Below, in pieces: positions 60,395 through 64,000 of a DNA stretch of 64,000 nt. Source of the DNA: Ignavibacteriota bacterium (GTDB lineage: Bacteria; Bacteroidota; Ignavibacteria; UBA10030; CAVZMI01); NCBI GenBank assembly GCA_963776275.1, contig CAVZMI010000020.1, forward strand, positions 64,001 through 128,000. Reading direction: 5' to 3'. The translations under genes and the position numbers were made by a program. Under the pieces are notes generated by a model that saw only the letters and a program-made list of their open reading frames with translations, was not told where the DNA came from and searched no databases. The number at the start of each line of letters is the position of its first letter. Position 1 is the stretch's first letter.

Positions 60395-62917
60395 GTGAGA
60401 ACCATTCACTCAACACTTCTACTTTCAATCGTCGTAATGATATCAACCATACATACAGCCCGGGCAGTACCCCAATATCCGGTTCATGTAATCCCCGAAC
60501 CTCAACGAATTGAATTGCAGCCTTTACTGTTCACAATTACACCGAACACAGTAATAGTTATCGGACGAGGTTCGACATATCGCGAATACTTTTCGGCACA
60601 ACAGCTTCAGGAAGAGATCAGACAGCTCTCGTCATATACCTTAAAAATTATCGAGGAGGGAAAACCGACCCTTCCAAAGAACTGCATCATTCTTACATGC
60701 GATACGGGATCGACATATGTCCGGGATGCCCAACTCTCATTTTCACCTGAGATGTTCAAAGAGGGATATGCTATATCTGTTTCTTCACATCGCACCATTA
60801 TTGCAGGTCAAACGTCAAAAGGTATTTTCTACGGGGTGATGACACTCTGTCAGATGCTGACAAAAGACGAAGATAAAATTGTCGTTCCTGGCGCGCGTAT
60901 TAACGATTGGCCGCTCATGTCGTATCGCGGTATCTCCGACGATATGAGCCGCGGGCAATCCTCAACGATGGAGAATCTGAAACGCATCATTCGAAACCTC
61001 GCACGCTATAAATATAATGTCTATTCCCCGTATATCGAGGACATTTTTGCTTTTGAAAAATACCCTTCGATCTGGAAAGGCCGCGGCGCGCTGACGCATG
61101 AGCAAATCAGAGAACTCGAAGAGTACGCCGACCAGTTTTATATTGAAATCATCCCGATCTTCGAAACACTGGGACACTTTGAAAACATTCTGCTAAAACC
61201 AGAATTCGTGAAGTATGCCGAATTCCCCGGCGCTCAGGTATTAAACACGACTTCGGAAGAAGCATATGCGTTTCTTCAAGATCTGATCGATGATATCGCG
61301 CCGGCATTCCGTTCACCCTACTTTAATATGGCGGCAGACGAGACCTATGATGTCGGACTCGGAGCAAGCAAAGAACGGCTGGCAAAATCAGATATCGCTA
61401 CGGTTCATGCCGAGCATTATCAGCGAGTCCTCCAGATGCTGAAAAAACACAATAAAAAGGTGATGCTCTATGCCGATGTTATCCTTGATCATCCTGAGAT
61501 TTTCGAAAAAATCACAAATGATTTTATCCTTATAGATTGGCAATACCACGCGTCGTTTTCCTATCCGACAATCGAAAAAATCAAGAAATTCGGATTCCCG
61601 TTTATTACATCTCCCAGCGTCCGGAACTATGTCAATCCTTTCCCCAATAACGCGATTGCCTTTCCGGATATCCAAAACGTGACGCGCGAAGGCTATCTGG
61701 CCGGCGCGATAGGTTCATCCGTTTCAAATTGGGGAGACTACGGCGGCGAAACGCTGCGCGAGCTGATATGGTACGGGAATGCATGGGGAGCCGAATGCGC
61801 ATGGTCACCGTTGACTTCCGACATCGGGAAATTCAACAAAAAATTCTTTGCCGATTTTTACGGAACGACCGGTGATGAAATGGCCACAATCTATGCCATC
61901 CTTAACGATCCTTTCAACCAGGAATTCTGGAATGAAATATGGAGGCATCCGTTTGTACCGCTGAAAGATGATTATCTGACATCGATACTACCTCAACGGG
62001 TTATGAGCATCGAGTCAACGATGCCTCTTGCACGGCGACTTCTCGATAGTGCAGAAAAAAAAGTGACAAAAAACCGCGATCACCTTGATTATCTCCGGTT
62101 TATTGTTCATCTGAACGAGTGGTTTGCAAAAAAGATCAAGGTGGCGGTCGACGTTAAACGGATTGCCTCGGAAACTCCTTTACAGAACGAGATCGATCAG
62201 ACTATTATCCGCTGTTCGGATGTGCGTGATGATTTAAAAAAACTCAAAGAGGAATTCAACGCGGCGTGGCTGAAAAATTATCGTCCGGACAACCTTGACC
62301 TTTTACTAAAGCGGTATGATTACCAGATATCATACTGGCAGGAAAAGATCGACGAACTGCGCAGAGGCAACCGCGATGTGAATCCTCTTATCGAAAGCGC
62401 GACAATTTATGCCCCCGGTTCGAATCCCGGTAAAAGAGATGTGCCGCAAGTGAAGAAAGCGTATTTCAGAAAAACCTTCTCGGTTGATTCAACTGTGACA
62501 TCAGCCCTTCTCCAGTTGATCGGTGATACATGGGCACGCGTATTTGTCAACGATTCGCTCATCGGCGAGGTGTACGGGAGGCGATCTCTTTCGCTGATTG
62601 TTGAATTCCAGCGTGTAAAACTATTCGATATCGCACCGCTGTTAAAATCCGGAAAAAACATTATAGCGGTTGAGGTTCAGAACTTCGACAGAAACGGTTC
62701 TGCAGGAGTGAACATTTACACCGAAATTACCACGTTAAAAGGAATGCAAAAAATACCCACAGATTCAACATGGAAAGTGTCGGAAAAAGAACACGGCAAG
62801 TGGACTTCATCATCGTTCAATGATTCATTATGGATGTTTGCAGCGGCGAAAGATAATGGAATGACCATCATCCGGCCTGACTTTGTCACACGCCGCACTT
62901 CATGGATTGAACGGTAA
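60395..62917 (+). CDS. GH20 beta-N-acetylhexosaminidase-like protein
   Basis: IPEPQ, EGYAI, INDWP...RG..DDMSRG, GH, ADE catalytic pair; C-terminal beta-sandwich. Confidence 0.9.
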   Translation: MRTIHSTLLLSIVVMISTIHTARAVPQYPVHVIPEPQRIELQPLLFTITPNTVIVIGRGSTYREYFSAQQLQEEIRQLSSYTLKIIEEGKPTLPKNCIILTCDTGSTYVRDAQLSFSPEMFKEGYAISVSSHRTIIAGQTSKGIFYGVMTLCQMLTKDEDKIVVPGARINDWPLMSYRGISDDMSRGQSSTMENLKRIIRNLARYKYNVYSPYIEDIFAFEKYPSIWKGRGALTHEQIRELEEYADQFYIEIIPIFETLGHFENILLKPEFVKYAEFPGAQVLNTTSEEAYAFLQDLIDDIAPAFRSPYFNMAADETYDVGLGASKERLAKSDIATVHAEHYQRVLQMLKKHNKKVMLYADVILDHPEIFEKITNDFILIDWQYHASFSYPTIEKIKKFGFPFITSPSVRNYVNPFPNNAIAFPDIQNVTREGYLAGAIGSSVSNWGDYGGETLRELIWYGNAWGAECAWSPLTSDIGKFNKKFFADFYGTTGDEMATIYAILNDPFNQEFWNEIWRHPFVPLKDDYLTSILPQRVMSIESTMPLARRLLDSAEKKVTKNRDHLDYLRFIVHLNEWFAKKIKVAVDVKRIASETPLQNEIDQTIIRCSDVRDDLKKLKEEFNAAWLKNYRPDNLDLLLKRYDYQISYWQEKIDELRRGNRDVNPLIESATIYAPGSNPGKRDVPQVKKAYFRKTFSVDSTVTSALLQLIGDTWARVFVNDSLIGEVYGRRSLSLIVEFQRVKLFDIAPLLKSGKNIIAVEVQNFDRNGSAGVNIYTEITTLKGMQKIPTDSTWKVSEKEHGKWTSSSFNDSLWMFAAAKDNGMTIIRPDFVTRRTSWIER

Positions 62918-64000
62918 TGCGATTCTCTCTTCGAAATATCATCAACTACATCAGCAGTCTTGTCATCGCTGCGGTGTTCCTTTATCTTGCTTTCCGAGGA
63001 ACGGATTTCAATCAAATCTGGCAGGCAACAAAAAACGTCAATATCTACTGGACGTTAATGATTCTCCCCTGTTTGTTTGTGAGTCATTTTTTTCGTGCCT
63101 GGCGGTGGCAGTACCTTCTCATACCGGTGAAAAACCGGGTTTCGCTCAGAAACTGCTGGTCGGCCCTGATGATCGGATACCTGGCAAATAATGTTCTTCC
63201 CCGTGCTGGCGAGTTCGTGCGTCCGTTTTCACTCGGAAAGCTCGAAAAAATCTCGAAGTCCTCCGCACTCGGTTCGGTGCTGTTCGAACGGATCCTTGAC
63301 ATTCTTTCATTTCTCCTCATCCTGATCGTGATCCTTTTTTTCATACATCAAAAAGTGAGCTCGGCATTCCCTGAATTTGCATTCTTGGGATTCCGGTTTT
63401 CCATTATGACATTCGTAATTGTGTTGAGCATCATCGAAGCTGTCGGCACAGGAATGATCGGCCTGCTGGTATTCAAAAGAGAGCTCGGAACAAAAATTTT
63501 TGATCTTGTATTCCGTTTTTTACCCAAGAAGTTTTCTCAACGCGCACATCGGATTCTTCATTCGCTGCTCGATGGTTTCCTTTCGATGAAGGACACGAAG
63601 AATTATCTCATGATAATTTTACTGAGCATCATCACATGGGGTCTATACGCTTTTATGATGTATTTCCCCCTTCTGGCGTTTGAGAAAATGCCGCCGGATG
63701 CCCGGACACTCCCGGCCGCCATTGTTTTACTGGCCATTTCGAACATCGGGATTGTTATTCCCACACCGGGAAGTATCGGCACCTATCACTTCTTCGTCAT
63801 TCAAACGCTTCAGCGAATTTATTCCGTCGACGCCGGACAGGCAATGAGCTATGCCGTGGTGACCCATGCAATGGGTTTCATTTCGACGACATTTGTCGGA
63901 CTCGCCTATTTCATAAAGCGACCACCTCTCACTGAAAGAAACGCTCCAGGCCGACTTCAACTCCAACGCCGATCAGCCCGCAAACGGAGATCAATAACCT
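62917..64000 (+). CDS. Lysylphosphatidylglycerol synthase TM / flippase-like (UPF0104) protein; probable frameshift near 63916
   Basis: ATG overlaps the GH20 stop. RAWRW, GYLANNVLPRAGEFVR and PTPGSIGTYH motifs. Absent from the ORF track because the frame has no stop in the window. Confidence 0.85.
   Translation, partial: MRFSLRNIINYISSLVIAAVFLYLAFRGTDFNQIWQATKNVNIYWTLMILPCLFVSHFFRAWRWQYLLIPVKNRVSLRNCWSALMIGYLANNVLPRAGEFVRPFSLGKLEKISKSSALGSVLFERILDILSFLLILIVILFFIHQKVSSAFPEFAFLGFRFSIMTFVIVLSIIEAVGTGMIGLLVFKRELGTKIFDLVFRFLPKKFSQRAHRILHSLLDGFLSMKDTKNYLMIILLSIITWGLYAFMMYFPLLAFEKMPPDARTLPAAIVLLAISNIGIVIPTPGSIGTYHFFVIQTLQRIYSVDAGQAMSYAVVTHAMGFISTTFVGLAYFIKRPPLTERNAPGRLQLQRRSARKRRSIT

Overview
Bacterial chromosomal window, probably Ignavibacteria or another FCB-group anaerobe (inferred from T9SS-type C-terminal sorting domains, the hyp genes and DUF362/Fe-S genes). 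It carries murA, a GroES-like gene, a MacAB-like exporter, a bacilliredoxin, an HMGL/aldolase-like enzyme, a CE2 esterase, a PLD-family protein and a FliA-type-promoter chemoreceptor with internal sugar-binding domains. It also has a duplicated GH10 xylanase locus around a polyol dehydrogenase/FGGY kinase pair, a hypABFC..D cluster interrupted by a LolCDE-like module, amtB and a GH20 gene. Two things stand out. (1) Very short palindromic elements insert into genes and into each other's loops, including a roughly six-layer nest that splits hypF. (2) A 22.9-28.2 kb accessory block with degenerate attC-like sites holds an uncharacterised nuclease-like/TPR-like gene pair and a HEPN-like (pPIWI-associating nuclease type) gene, a candidate defence or toxin-antitoxin module. 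Several single-base frameshifts may be assembly errors. All family assignments come from motif recognition; no database searches were run.
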